A stretch of DNA of 64,000 nucleotides from a virus (Duplodnaviria > Caudoviricetes): IMG/VR virus record IMGVR_UViG_3300011116_001229, one strand, 5' to 3'. The notes under the pieces are model-generated. The model did not search any database and was not told where the DNA came from. It saw only the letters and a list, made by a program, of their open reading frames with translations. Shown here in pieces: positions 39,159-48,816 of the stretch (its first letter is position 1; each line of letters starts with the position of its first letter). A program made the position numbers and the translations under genes.

Positions 39159-39912
39159 GAAATCCATTATAGCCAGATTTTGGATAGTAGTCTCTAAACT
39201 GATGAACAAGCTTGTGACTGCTAGTTCTCCAGCTTGAATCGCGCAAACATTCGACAACTTCTGGATTATGAACAGAATGATATCCGGCTGCAGCTAAAAA
39301 TACTGGTAGCCAAATATCACTATGATGTACTCTTTCATCTGTCATGAGAAGATCATGAAATAGTTCTTTATTTTTATAGACAACATCAACACCTTTTAAA
39401 AAAGATTTTGAAGAAAAAATTTGTGGATATCCCCACCATTCAAAATTTGCTGATCCCGGTATTTTACTTAAAAATTTTTGAATACAGCTTCCATCGGGTC
39501 TAGACGCGTAATGATTAACGTGCGGCTGCAACATAGAAACACTATTTGGGATAGTTAATTTTCCACGAAGCATAACGTCAGGTTGTGAGCATAACATGTA
39601 TTCTGTATTGCACTTAATAGTTGCTTCTACGTGCCTTGAAATTACAATATCAAGATAGTCTTCAATTTTTTTTTGAATTTCTACTTGTCTAAAATTGTTA
39701 GAATTGACATTTCTCACAAGCCAGCTGGCCATGGCGTCATCTACAACTTTACATGTTAGACTACTGTACTTCTCTTGTAGGTATGAAAAATCGTCTCCCT
39801 CAGAGTAGATAAATGCAGGTCTATTGGGATAAAACTCATAAAATGTGCTTATAGAAAAATCTACAGCTTTACCTTCTTTGTAGGCTGTAAAGAACATACC
39901 TAGATCTGTCAT
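39151..39912 (-). CDS. Hypothetical protein, possible GT-A glycosyltransferase
   Basis: N-terminal FTAYKE...FYEFYP..PAFIYSEG and QPDVML resemble GT-A topology; context within the glycan locus. Confidence 0.4.
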   Translation of the reverse strand: MTDLGMFFTAYKEGKAVDFSISTFYEFYPNRPAFIYSEGDDFSYLQEKYSSLTCKVVDDAMASWLVRNVNSNNFRQVEIQKKIEDYLDIVISRHVEATIKCNTEYMLCSQPDVMLRGKLTIPNSVSMLQPHVNHYASRPDGSCIQKFLSKIPGSANFEWWGYPQIFSSKSFLKGVDVVYKNKELFHDLLMTDERVHHSDIWLPVFLAAAGYHSVHNPEVVECLRDSSWRTSSHKLVHQFRDYYPKSGYNGFHA

Positions 39913-39916
39913 ATAT

Positions 39917-40945
39917 CTACTGAATCCTTTCTATGACTTGAAGTAAAGCTTCAGCTCTATTCACAAATGTATGATTAGCTTGAACATATTTCATTTGTTC
40001 TAAAACATAGTCGTAGTCTTTTGACTTTTCTTTTGCCATGTAAGCCATTTCATACTCATTATCACTGTATAAGATCAATTCTCCAAATAAATCTTTGACT
40101 GCTTTAGAGTTAGTTGCTCCAACTTGCCCATAACTAATATTTTTAAAAGTTCTACAAGGTATGTAGCCAATTTTTTTATGATCAACCCCTGTATCAGGCT
40201 TTCCGTTAACATTCTTTCTTAAAAAACTACCTCTTATGTCAGGTGCTATAAAAGACCTCTGTGTTAATTTAATTGCATCTTCAAAAGATACAGGTGATTT
40301 CCATGGATCTACATGATAAAGAGGTACTCCAAACTCTTGAAGGGCTTTATTAAATAACATTATTTGATTAACGTTATTTTCTCCAACTGATCCAATATAA
40401 AAGCAGACATTTTCACGACTAATAAACCTGTCATCAAAGTTGAACTCATGAGGAAGCTTGTCAGTTGCCCAAGAAAGATAAACAGCGCTGTAGTTTTCAA
40501 CTCCTGTTCTAAATTGCTCAGATATGGCGGAGTCATTAGCATTCTTTAGAAAAAATGCGCACTCTCCCAATTTTTCTGTTTTGTTTCTGTCCAATTCATA
40601 TGAATAGTTTAAATCATTGATATGATCAACGTTCAGCCTAATGTCAACAAATTTTGCTCCTCGGTCAAGGTATTTCTTTGGATTAATTCCAAAATTAACG
40701 AAATATATGCTAGAGTCATTTACAGGAATGTTCTTATCGCCCCACCCTTCTGTGATAAAAATAGAATTACTGTAGTCAAAGTCTTTAGGATAATTTTCGT
40801 CATCAAACCAGAATGAACTAAATCCAAGATGTCTAAAAACTCTATGCCACATGGCATGTGTGTAAGACTGTGTGTGTGTATGAAGAGGATATCCCCAAAC
40901 TATTACTTTTTTATACTTTAAATTCAATTTTTCCTCTATAAACAC
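39917..40945 (-). CDS. Putative GT-B glycosyltransferase
   Basis: C-terminal CRTFKNISYG...HTFVNRAEALL resembles CgeB/DUF3880-type GT-B ends. Confidence 0.55.
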   Translation of the reverse strand: MFIEEKLNLKYKKVIVWGYPLHTHTQSYTHAMWHRVFRHLGFSSFWFDDENYPKDFDYSNSIFITEGWGDKNIPVNDSSIYFVNFGINPKKYLDRGAKFVDIRLNVDHINDLNYSYELDRNKTEKLGECAFFLKNANDSAISEQFRTGVENYSAVYLSWATDKLPHEFNFDDRFISRENVCFYIGSVGENNVNQIMLFNKALQEFGVPLYHVDPWKSPVSFEDAIKLTQRSFIAPDIRGSFLRKNVNGKPDTGVDHKKIGYIPCRTFKNISYGQVGATNSKAVKDLFGELILYSDNEYEMAYMAKEKSKDYDYVLEQMKYVQANHTFVNRAEALLQVIERIQ

Positions 40946-40951
40946 AAATCT

Positions 40952-41620
40952 TTATTTCGCACTTGATGTGTCATAAATTGCATTCACTAGCCAACCTTTT
41001 AGTTGTGTATGACACATCTGGTCGACATAAATTTTTTCAACTTTTATTCTAGAGCCATACTTGTCTAAAGTTGATGTAATCATTTCTTGAGTTACTGTCC
41101 ATGGGTGACCTTCGTGCGGAGGTAGATCAACCCATTCACTAATTCTTACTAAGTTAGCTACATTTGCCATATTCTCTAAAATTGCAATGGGATCCAAGAC
41201 GTGTTGAAGAACACCGGCCATCCATGCCTCATCAAGTTTCTCAGTAAGACCTAAAAATTCTAGATTGACTAGCTCCCCAGGAGCTTGTATAAACTTTATA
41301 TTATTTTCTTCGTATCTATCTCTCACCCATTGTGGCATGTCAAGCGGCTCAACAGCAAATGATGGACCAAGTTTGTCTGATCTAACAGTATAACCAACAA
41401 CTCCGGCGCCATATTCAATAATTCTTTTTCCTCTTGCATTTGAGACTTTTTTATCTTCAAATTCAAGACCCATAAAACCGCCTATAAAGATATGATTTTC
41501 AATTCCTAAGAAAAGTTCTTTATTGTTTAAGTTATAACTCCACGAGTCTAATTCATATTTTTGACATTCATCCCACTCTGTCCAAGAAATAGGGAAATTT
41601 TTATCTCTCTTGTAGTCCAT
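40952..41620 (-). CDS. Class I SAM-dependent methyltransferase
   Basis: IIEYGAG motif I, VEPL, GVLQHVLDP. Confidence 0.7.
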   Translation of the reverse strand: MDYKRDKNFPISWTEWDECQKYELDSWSYNLNNKELFLGIENHIFIGGFMGLEFEDKKVSNARGKRIIEYGAGVVGYTVRSDKLGPSFAVEPLDMPQWVRDRYEENNIKFIQAPGELVNLEFLGLTEKLDEAWMAGVLQHVLDPIAILENMANVANLVRISEWVDLPPHEGHPWTVTQEMITSTLDKYGSRIKVEKIYVDQMCHTQLKGWLVNAIYDTSSAK

Positions 41621-41641
41621 ACATTTTTCCTTATTAAATTA

Positions 41642-41998
41642 TTAATTATTTTTTATACCTGTTGCACGTTCAAGATTATCAAAAGCATAGACTGCTTTAT
41701 CATCAATGTAAAAATCTGCGCTAGGTTTGCCGAAATAAATTTCGTCATAGGGTATATTAAATTTTTCTAAAGTTTCAAAAGTTATTTTACCAATTTCAGC
41801 TAGAGCCCGACCAGAGTTGCCTGAATAAGTTCCCATTTTTCTCGCAGTATAAAGAATAACTGTGTGCCCCAAAGATTTTACCAGTCTTACAAATTCAATA
41901 TTCTTATAAATTGGTTTAACAGTAGAATAGTCTCCCTCAACATTTGGAGATGTAACAAGAGTTTTATCAATATCAAAACAAATTCTTAAAATTTTCAT
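41642..41998 (-). CDS. HAD phosphatase, capsule-biosynthesis (BcbF/EcbF-like) type
   Basis: ICFDIDKTL, LYTARKM, PYDEIYFGKP..DFYIDDK. Confidence 0.8.
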   Translation of the reverse strand: MKILRICFDIDKTLVTSPNVEGDYSTVKPIYKNIEFVRLVKSLGHTVILYTARKMGTYSGNSGRALAEIGKITFETLEKFNIPYDEIYFGKPSADFYIDDKAVYAFDNLERATGIKNN

Positions 41999-42020
41999 AT
42001 TAGTTTATACAGTACTTCGT

Positions 42021-42836
42021 TCACACAAATGATTGATAAATCAACTCAAAATTTCTATGAATTCTACTATCATTTTTTAGAATTAGAAATTTATCTTTGT
42101 GATCTTTTAACAAAAATCCAATAGCAATTTGTTCATTATTTAAAAGGTTTTTTTCAAGCATTTCTTGCTTTAGAACGATGTCAATAAGACTAGCTAATCT
42201 TTCAATTGACGATGCATCTACTCCAAACATGCCTCCCCACACATAAGATCTGTTGTCATAAAGATAATCATGCGTTATATCTTCACTTTTAAGCGAGAGA
42301 TCTGTATATGGAAATAAGTACATCTGGTACAGTATTTTTCCTGGGTACATCTTAACTTGATTCATGAAATTTTCTCCCGGAAATCTTAGAGAAGAAATAT
42401 CCAAGTCTGGGATAAATCGAGATGCGCCTGCATCCAGCCAGAAGAAGTAGTCACTATTAAAATAGTTCTCTCTAGCTGCACTAAGAACCCATGGAAACTT
42501 TGAGTATTGAATTATAGAATATAGACTTGTTTTACATTCTATTCTATTGGGGTCTGAGACTTTTTTTTGATAGTCTTCATTTAATAGAACTTCATCCATT
42601 TTATTTTTTAAGTGATAATATGGAATATCAACAAGCTCTTGCACTACAATTTTTGTTTGTAGATTATTAGGTCTATTCTTTTGAATAAAATCTATATGAC
42701 TACTTTCACAATAAATCACCATTGGGCATTGCAAAAGAAGAGTTTTCTTAAACCAGTCGTAGTATTGATTCATTCCTCTTCCATCAATTTTCTCTCTTCC
42801 AATGTCGTATAGCGCAGTTACTACAGTTGCATTCAT
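42021..42836 (-). CDS. HtrL/WlaTC-family glycosyltransferase-like protein
   Basis: TVVTALYDIGR, YFFWLDAG, GGMFG, NNEQ. Confidence 0.7.
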   Translation of the reverse strand: MNATVVTALYDIGREKIDGRGMNQYYDWFKKTLLLQCPMVIYCESSHIDFIQKNRPNNLQTKIVVQELVDIPYYHLKNKMDEVLLNEDYQKKVSDPNRIECKTSLYSIIQYSKFPWVLSAARENYFNSDYFFWLDAGASRFIPDLDISSLRFPGENFMNQVKMYPGKILYQMYLFPYTDLSLKSEDITHDYLYDNRSYVWGGMFGVDASSIERLASLIDIVLKQEMLEKNLLNNEQIAIGFLLKDHKDKFLILKNDSRIHRNFELIYQSFV

Positions 42837-43780
42837 GTTAATATCCTTTGTACTGATGCAAGATAATTCTTAGTTATAATATTTTTCCAGTCAAACTCTT
42901 TTGCATACTCTCTAATCTTGTCTCTTTGAGACACAGACTTCTTTCTATTCTCTTCTAAGACGCTGGTAATAAATTCGGCATCTCCAATCTTTGCTTCAGG
43001 AATTACGTCGACGAATGATTTATTAAGGTCAAGATTTGCAGTCGCACATTCCGATAGAACAAGTCCTAGACCTGCTGACATTGCTTCAAGACAGACGAGA
43101 GGATGTGCTTCACCATCTGATAGTAGAGCTAAGTTTGCATACTCTGTTAGATTATTGTACAGCTTATCTTTGTTCCACTCTCCGAGATATCTTGGACTAT
43201 TTGTATTAAATTCATTATCTACACAGTTTCCGGCAAAGTACAAACCATCTATATTTTGAAGTTTTGCTTGTCGTTTGCGTGGGTCGACTTTCGCAAGATA
43301 AAGTGTTCTATCTGGGTACTTGCACTCTGTCTCAAACTTAAACAAGTCAGTTCTGACACCGTTAGGAACGACGTAGAGACGCTCGTCCGGTATTCCTGCT
43401 TTAGAATAAACATCTCTTATACCAGGAGATAAGCAGAAGATCTTTGCCGTCGTATTGACAAACCCCCAGAAGATATTTCTGTAGCTTGGGTCCCATCGAT
43501 GTGGTTGTTCTAGATAACCATAATGACTTGTTATAGCGACATTTTTACAGTTAAGGTGAGGAATCACATTGACGTGTTCATCATACTGTACGTGAACAAA
43601 GTCGGGGTTTAATGCATTTGCTAATCCGGCAATTAAATTAGGATTTCTAGTGTTTACTATCTCAACTTGGTGCCCTAAATCAATTAACGTCTTTCTATAG
43701 TCATCAATAAGAATTTCTACGGCACCCCAACCCTTTGGTGGGATGGGCATAGTTCCTGGTCCTACGATACAAATCTTCAT
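42833..43780 (-). CDS. Glycosyltransferase, GT4-like
   Basis: IPPKGWGAVE, VVPNGV, SDGEAHPLVCLEAMSAGL. Confidence 0.85.
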   Translation of the reverse strand: MKICIVGPGTMPIPPKGWGAVEILIDDYRKTLIDLGHQVEIVNTRNPNLIAGLANALNPDFVHVQYDEHVNVIPHLNCKNVAITSHYGYLEQPHRWDPSYRNIFWGFVNTTAKIFCLSPGIRDVYSKAGIPDERLYVVPNGVRTDLFKFETECKYPDRTLYLAKVDPRKRQAKLQNIDGLYFAGNCVDNEFNTNSPRYLGEWNKDKLYNNLTEYANLALLSDGEAHPLVCLEAMSAGLGLVLSECATANLDLNKSFVDVIPEAKIGDAEFITSVLEENRKKSVSQRDKIREYAKEFDWKNIITKNYLASVQRILT

Positions 43781-44502
43781 TTGACACCTGCGAATCTTGG
43801 AAACTCATTCATCTCTTTGTGAAGATGCACAAACTTTGTTGGGCACGTCTTTCTAACGTCGTCATAACCAAACTGAGGTTGAGCAAAACCTGCATGCAGT
43901 GTGTGCACCTTGGAAGCATTGAGCAAGAAGTACTTGTTCATGTGTGACTCATCGTGCCAGACGGCTACAATTTTATTGTGTAGATCTTCTTCAACCCAGT
44001 CGTCTGCAGTTTCTACCATGCTAAGAACTTCTTTGCTCTTACCGCCCCAGAAACATCCTTGTCTGTATTGCTTCACATCGTACTTACCGTCAAAGATATT
44101 AGCTTTGGAACGCGTGTCTGTCTCAAATGTACCGATTCTACCAACAAAGCCTGGGTGTTGCACACCTATGAGTTCTTTATCTAAGGGTAATTCATCCTCG
44201 CTGACAGGATTTGTAGCCCATAAATCAGCATCGATGAAGAAGATGTTATCAAACTTTTGTAGATCTTGTTTGATGCTTCTCATGAATTTAAATCTATACA
44301 GTGTGATGAAGGGCCACTTCAGATGTTCTATCCTCTTTGTGATAACATCCGATTTATTAAAGATGGGATCATCCGGATCGTCAGTAAAAGCAAAGATAGT
44401 CTTCTGCTTATTTGGTAGAAAATTCTTTGTTATTCCTTCATAGTAACCATCAAAGAATTGTTTGTATTTTGCTGTACCAATAAAGATGATGGCGATTGTC
44501 AT
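43777..44502 (-). CDS. GT6-family alpha-1,3-Gal/GalNAc transferase (ABO-like)
   Basis: Start moved to 44502 (ATGA overlap). IFIGTAKY, FTD, WPFITLYRF, FFIDAD, HPGF, FWGG, WHDESHMNKYF. Confidence 0.85.
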   Translation of the reverse strand: MTIAIIFIGTAKYKQFFDGYYEGITKNFLPNKQKTIFAFTDDPDDPIFNKSDVITKRIEHLKWPFITLYRFKFMRSIKQDLQKFDNIFFIDADLWATNPVSEDELPLDKELIGVQHPGFVGRIGTFETDTRSKANIFDGKYDVKQYRQGCFWGGKSKEVLSMVETADDWVEEDLHNKIVAVWHDESHMNKYFLLNASKVHTLHAGFAQPQFGYDDVRKTCPTKFVHLHKEMNEFPRFAGVK

Positions 44503-45260
44503 ACTAAGACCCAACCCTGCTGGTATACAGAATTCCACTCTTTAGGTCCCGCTGGTCCAAACCACTGCTTAGGTGCAACAACTGCAGTTGACTTACTCAA
44601 CCATGCGCCCCACCAGCTAAAAGATGAATTTGCAATTACGTGTACAGGACATCTTGACATGATGCAGAGATCAAGTGCTTCGTCACCTGTGTCAATGACG
44701 TCAAATTTTTCATCTTTAAATGCATTTCTACACCATTCAGGATCGTCAGAAAAGACTAAAAATTTAATATTTGGCACATTCTGGTGGACTAACGTGCAAG
44801 CTGGGACATAATAGTCAGAACCTAAATTGGTATGATAGTGCGAAAGGTTTGCATAATCTCCTCTGCGAACATGAACAGCACATAGAGGAGTATTACCATA
44901 TTTTGATAGTAAGTCATTTACTTTTTGAGTAACTTCTTGAGAAAATTGAAATTCTTTTCTAAGAGCTTCTTCGCAATGATTAAAATAATTACCTGACTGA
45001 AAATAACCGTATAGATCGGTGTCATCAGGGATCAAAAAAACGCTTGGGTCAAAAGCAAAATTTTGCTCTTTATAAACAGACTTGCTTTTTACTTCGTCTA
45101 GCTTAGTTGCACTATCAATGTTAAAAACTTGTGTTATCTTCTGATCTTTTGGAATTCCAATCTGATATCCTCTTGTGAATCCTACAGAAAATAAAGTCGC
45201 GTACTGAAACATCTGGTTTCCAAGTCTACCATTTTTACCAAGCTGTGAGTAAGTTATCAT
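44499..45260 (-). CDS. GT11-family alpha-1,2-fucosyltransferase-like
   Basis: GRLGNQMFQYA, GYFQS..YF, VHVRRGDY, FSDDPEWC, ANSSFSWWGAWL. Confidence 0.92.
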   Translation of the reverse strand: MITYSQLGKNGRLGNQMFQYATLFSVGFTRGYQIGIPKDQKITQVFNIDSATKLDEVKSKSVYKEQNFAFDPSVFLIPDDTDLYGYFQSGNYFNHCEEALRKEFQFSQEVTQKVNDLLSKYGNTPLCAVHVRRGDYANLSHYHTNLGSDYYVPACTLVHQNVPNIKFLVFSDDPEWCRNAFKDEKFDVIDTGDEALDLCIMSRCPVHVIANSSFSWWGAWLSKSTAVVAPKQWFGPAGPKEWNSVYQQGWVLV

Positions 45261-45931
45261 TTGACTCCATATACCATTCTATACCACGCTGACACAATTT
45301 TTGGTACGCTAGGGTTATAATTTGGATTTGGGACGTGTTTATATCTGACCAGCGGCTCGTCTAGATTAGCAAACTTATACCACGGTATTGATCTAGACCA
45401 TAGGTCCAAATCTTCGGCAAATGGAAAGAGATCGAAGTATCCAGCACATTTATCTAAAATCTTTTTCTTAAAGACCACGCTAGGGTGCCCAATTGAATTT
45501 TCTCCGGAAAGAAGACTAGAGATTATGTGACTATGCTCAATCGGATAATTGGTCGTTCTTATAAACTTGTTATTAGCATCGACAACATTTAATTGAGTAC
45601 CTACAATGTCAACATCAGAATTCTTGTCAAAGAATTCTAATTGCTTTTTTAGTTTATTTGAAAGCCAAACATCGTCTGCATCTTGACGGGCAATAAAGTC
45701 ACCTTTGCAATTTCTTAGACCCATATTGAGTGCAGGAACTATTCCTGGTTCAGAACGGAGAATTTTGATCCTATCATCTTTTATATCTTGAATAACTTCT
45801 TCTGTGTTATCAGTTGTTCCATTGACAATACAGAGAATTTCTAGATCTTGTATTTCTTGAGTTAATACTGATCGTATTGATTCCTGCACAGTACTGGCAG
45901 CATTTCTGACCGGTATGACTACAGATATCAC
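45257..45931 (-). CDS. Glycosyltransferase family 2
   Basis: ISVVIPVRN, ALNMGL, IARQDADD, HPSV, AEDLDLW. Confidence 0.9.
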   Translation of the reverse strand: MISVVIPVRNAASTVQESIRSVLTQEIQDLEILCIVNGTTDNTEEVIQDIKDDRIKILRSEPGIVPALNMGLRNCKGDFIARQDADDVWLSNKLKKQLEFFDKNSDVDIVGTQLNVVDANNKFIRTTNYPIEHSHIISSLLSGENSIGHPSVVFKKKILDKCAGYFDLFPFAEDLDLWSRSIPWYKFANLDEPLVRYKHVPNPNYNPSVPKIVSAWYRMVYGVK

Positions 45932-46290
45932 GATCTTCTCTTTATCTCCCCAATGAAAGGAGAGGCAAATGGAGTGCCGTTCATCATGGTTGCAAGAAGA
46001 GCTAGTTCTTTTGTTTCAAGATTATTTAGTTTAGCTCTTTGTGTAAAGATGCTTGGATCAAGCTGTTGATTACCGTTAATTGTAACGGCATCATAGTACA
46101 TTTGAGCTAGAAAATTAACTGACTCATTGCAAAGCGGTGTTTGTGCTTCTTTAAAAATTTCTGTCAAAGAAAAAAATATATCTTGATAAATCTCACTACA
46201 GACAGAAGTATTTAATTTTTCGCCCTTGCGTCTCGCTAGACGATCAGTTATTAAAGTCGAGATTGTCTCGTGAAGCTTGTTATCTTTCAT
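45928..46290 (-). CDS. Hypothetical protein (120 aa)
   Basis: Coupled ORF (ATGA overlaps); no recognisable motif. Confidence 0.65.
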   Translation of the reverse strand: MKDNKLHETISTLITDRLARRKGEKLNTSVCSEIYQDIFFSLTEIFKEAQTPLCNESVNFLAQMYYDAVTINGNQQLDPSIFTQRAKLNNLETKELALLATMMNGTPFASPFIGEIKRRS

Positions 46291-48200
46291 TTCTTTGGCT
46301 CCGAAACGTCAACAGTAATATGAGGAGTTCTTTGACCTTGCCATTTTCTATGCCAGATCCAGCCTCCTGTTGAGTCCTTTAGTTCTTTTGCTCGTGCTTC
46401 TATCATCTCATCTGTAACTTGAGACCATGGTAAGTCAAACATCATATTTGTATCAGCAGAATCTTCAAGAGATTTATTATACAGAGAATTCCAGTGTTTT
46501 GTCCAGTAATTCTTGTAAAGCTTCATCTTTCTTGAGATGTCGTACCACGAGTAATGATGTACTCCTGGCAGGCTCTTGATGACAGAATTAAACCATGTTC
46601 TATACTGCAATAAAGCTGATGGCTCACCCGTACATGCTGACTGTCTCATCCTCTCTGAATCCGGTGTGTGAAAAGTTACATGAGGCAATCTTTCACCCGT
46701 CTCATTGTGAATCATATCACAGCCATCAGTACCCTCTGCGGCATATAGCTGGCCATTCTCATCAAATTTACGAAGATCAACTGGTATGCCGTGCGTAATG
46801 TGCGAGAGATTTCTACTGAGTCTCCACTTCCATGGCTGAATGTCGCACCTTACTTTATCAGGTCCTCCCCAATATTCAATGACAGGCAAAGACACTATAT
46901 CAACCTTTGAAGGTATCTTCTTGCACAGTTCAATGATCTTAGTTGCATCATCTTCATGCACAATTTCATCAGAATCCATTTGCCAACAGAAGTCACCGGT
47001 GCACATTGATCTTGCTTCTGCCTTTTGTGCTCCATCAAAAACAGCATGTCGCTGATGCGACCAGTCTCTCACGACTTGTTTGACTTTTAATTTTTCATTG
47101 TTTTGTGACAAATCATTTAGTTTTTCCCAAGTGCCGTCTGTTGACCCACCATCAACTACACAAACTTCGTCACAGAAACGAAGCATTGACTCAATACACT
47201 CAATAAATGGATAATCTTGCTTGATGCAATTGTAAGCGGTTGTATAACCACTAATCTTGGGAACATGATTAATGACTTTTTCAATGCACTTCCAAAAAAG
47301 TGAAGGTGCAGTAGAAAGATACTCATTGATTGAACTTATATCATCAGTACTAAACCATTCTTCTGAAGCGTGCTGAACGTTATCATTGAGTTGCAACTTA
47401 CATCCTAAAAGCTTTGCTTCAATAACCATCCGTGGGCATGTATCGGCTCCTGCAGGAAGATAAACGAAACCCTCAGATTGTGAAAGTTTTTCAAGAAGTT
47501 TATCATAGGATAAATTCCAAACTACTTCAAACGTCTTCTGATTGTTCTCGCACCATTCTTTAGCTGCTTGTGCACCCTTAACCCATGAATCCGACCCAAG
47601 GACTATCCAGCCTTTTCTGTCGACAGAGTTTTTCTTAGTTAACTTAGAGAGATGGTCTATGTAGTCTAGAGTAGTTTTCGAAAAAACACTGGATAATACT
47701 ACATTGTCTTTTTCTGACAAAAAGGGGAACAGCGTGTGATATCGCTGTTTTTGCTTCTCAGACATCCACCAGAGAGACTGGGCGCCGTAGTAGAATGCCG
47801 ATATTAATTTACCATTAATCTTGTCATGACAATCGCAGGGTTGACTAGTCGCTGCCTCGTGTTTCTCTGGCGATCGAAATCGACAGAATTTATAATCATA
47901 TTCAAGTATTGAATACTTTAGATTTGCAACAATGCTTGGTATAAGCTCTGGATTGAGTTGTGCAAAATTTCCAAAGATCCAATGCTTCTGTGCGCCCTGT
48001 GTCAAGGTTGACAGATTAACTTTTGATGAGTGAACTTTTTGTATCTTAAGAGGAGAAGCTTCTATTAGAGCTTCGCTAGTGAGTTCTGCGCCACCGACAT
48101 AATCTTCTACAAATAAATCAGCAACAAATATAATTTGTGTGTCTGGATCTAGCTGAGCATTTGGATTAACAAATATAGCTTCTTTAAAATCTGTCACCAT
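46287..48200 (-). CDS. Two-domain glycosyltransferase (GT-B-like N-terminus + GT2 C-terminus)
   Basis: GGAELT and DTCPRMVIEAKLLGC (GT-B-like) fused to SGYTTAYN...VVDGGSTDGT...WQMDSDE (GT-A). SD GAGG upstream. Confidence 0.8.
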   Translation of the reverse strand: MVTDFKEAIFVNPNAQLDPDTQIIFVADLFVEDYVGGAELTSEALIEASPLKIQKVHSSKVNLSTLTQGAQKHWIFGNFAQLNPELIPSIVANLKYSILEYDYKFCRFRSPEKHEAATSQPCDCHDKINGKLISAFYYGAQSLWWMSEKQKQRYHTLFPFLSEKDNVVLSSVFSKTTLDYIDHLSKLTKKNSVDRKGWIVLGSDSWVKGAQAAKEWCENNQKTFEVVWNLSYDKLLEKLSQSEGFVYLPAGADTCPRMVIEAKLLGCKLQLNDNVQHASEEWFSTDDISSINEYLSTAPSLFWKCIEKVINHVPKISGYTTAYNCIKQDYPFIECIESMLRFCDEVCVVDGGSTDGTWEKLNDLSQNNEKLKVKQVVRDWSHQRHAVFDGAQKAEARSMCTGDFCWQMDSDEIVHEDDATKIIELCKKIPSKVDIVSLPVIEYWGGPDKVRCDIQPWKWRLSRNLSHITHGIPVDLRKFDENGQLYAAEGTDGCDMIHNETGERLPHVTFHTPDSERMRQSACTGEPSALLQYRTWFNSVIKSLPGVHHYSWYDISRKMKLYKNYWTKHWNSLYNKSLEDSADTNMMFDLPWSQVTDEMIEARAKELKDSTGGWIWHRKWQGQRTPHITVDVSEPKK

Positions 48201-48288
48201 AACCTCTTAATAAGCAGTTAGATAGCTTAATAGCTTTTACTAAGCTAGATAGTTATAGACAAAAATAACTGTTCTTAGAGCTTTGTAT

Positions 48289-48816
48289 ATGGCAAAAAAA
48301 AATGAAGGTTTTAAAGTTTCAAGCCCAAAGTCACAGAGAAGCAAAAAACCTGTTGAAACACAGCAAGTTGTTCTTCAAGACATTCATAAAAAAATTATTA
48401 GCAGCGCTGCTTTAAATGGCGGTTTTGATATTTTGATGTTCAAGATTGAAAAGATCGAACAGAATCAAGAGCAACTTGTAGACAAGCTTGATAAGATTCA
48501 CGACGCGATCTATGACCCCAATGATGGGATTTTCTCAAAGATCAGCGATTCGAATGCAAAAAACTCACAAAAAATAAATGAAACAGAACAGAAAATAATT
48601 GAGATATCTGAGTGGAAAAAGCAGAGAGACAAAGAGGACGAAAGATCAGAGGTCGAGCTTGAAGAGACTGCGGTAAAAGTTCAATCGATACAAAAGAACG
48701 TTGAAGATCTTGTCAAGAATAAAAATACAATTAGCGCTGTCGTAAGATGGATTTTAGTCGCGCTGGCTGGTGGATCTCTAACGCTTTTATTCAAGTGGAT
48801 AGAAACAAAAATTTAG
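48289..48816 (+). CDS. Coiled-coil protein with C-terminal transmembrane helix
   Basis: The track start is TTG 48283; ATG 48289 is preferred. Hydrophobic WILVALAGGSLTLLF at the C-terminus. Confidence 0.65.
   Translation: MAKKNEGFKVSSPKSQRSKKPVETQQVVLQDIHKKIISSAALNGGFDILMFKIEKIEQNQEQLVDKLDKIHDAIYDPNDGIFSKISDSNAKNSQKINETEQKIIEISEWKKQRDKEDERSEVELEETAVKVQSIQKNVEDLVKNKNTISAVVRWILVALAGGSLTLLFKWIETKI

Noticed and set aside
43901-44811. 180-aa and 117-aa plus-strand ORFs
   Set aside because: Antisense to well-supported GT6/GT11 genes; no start signals or motifs.
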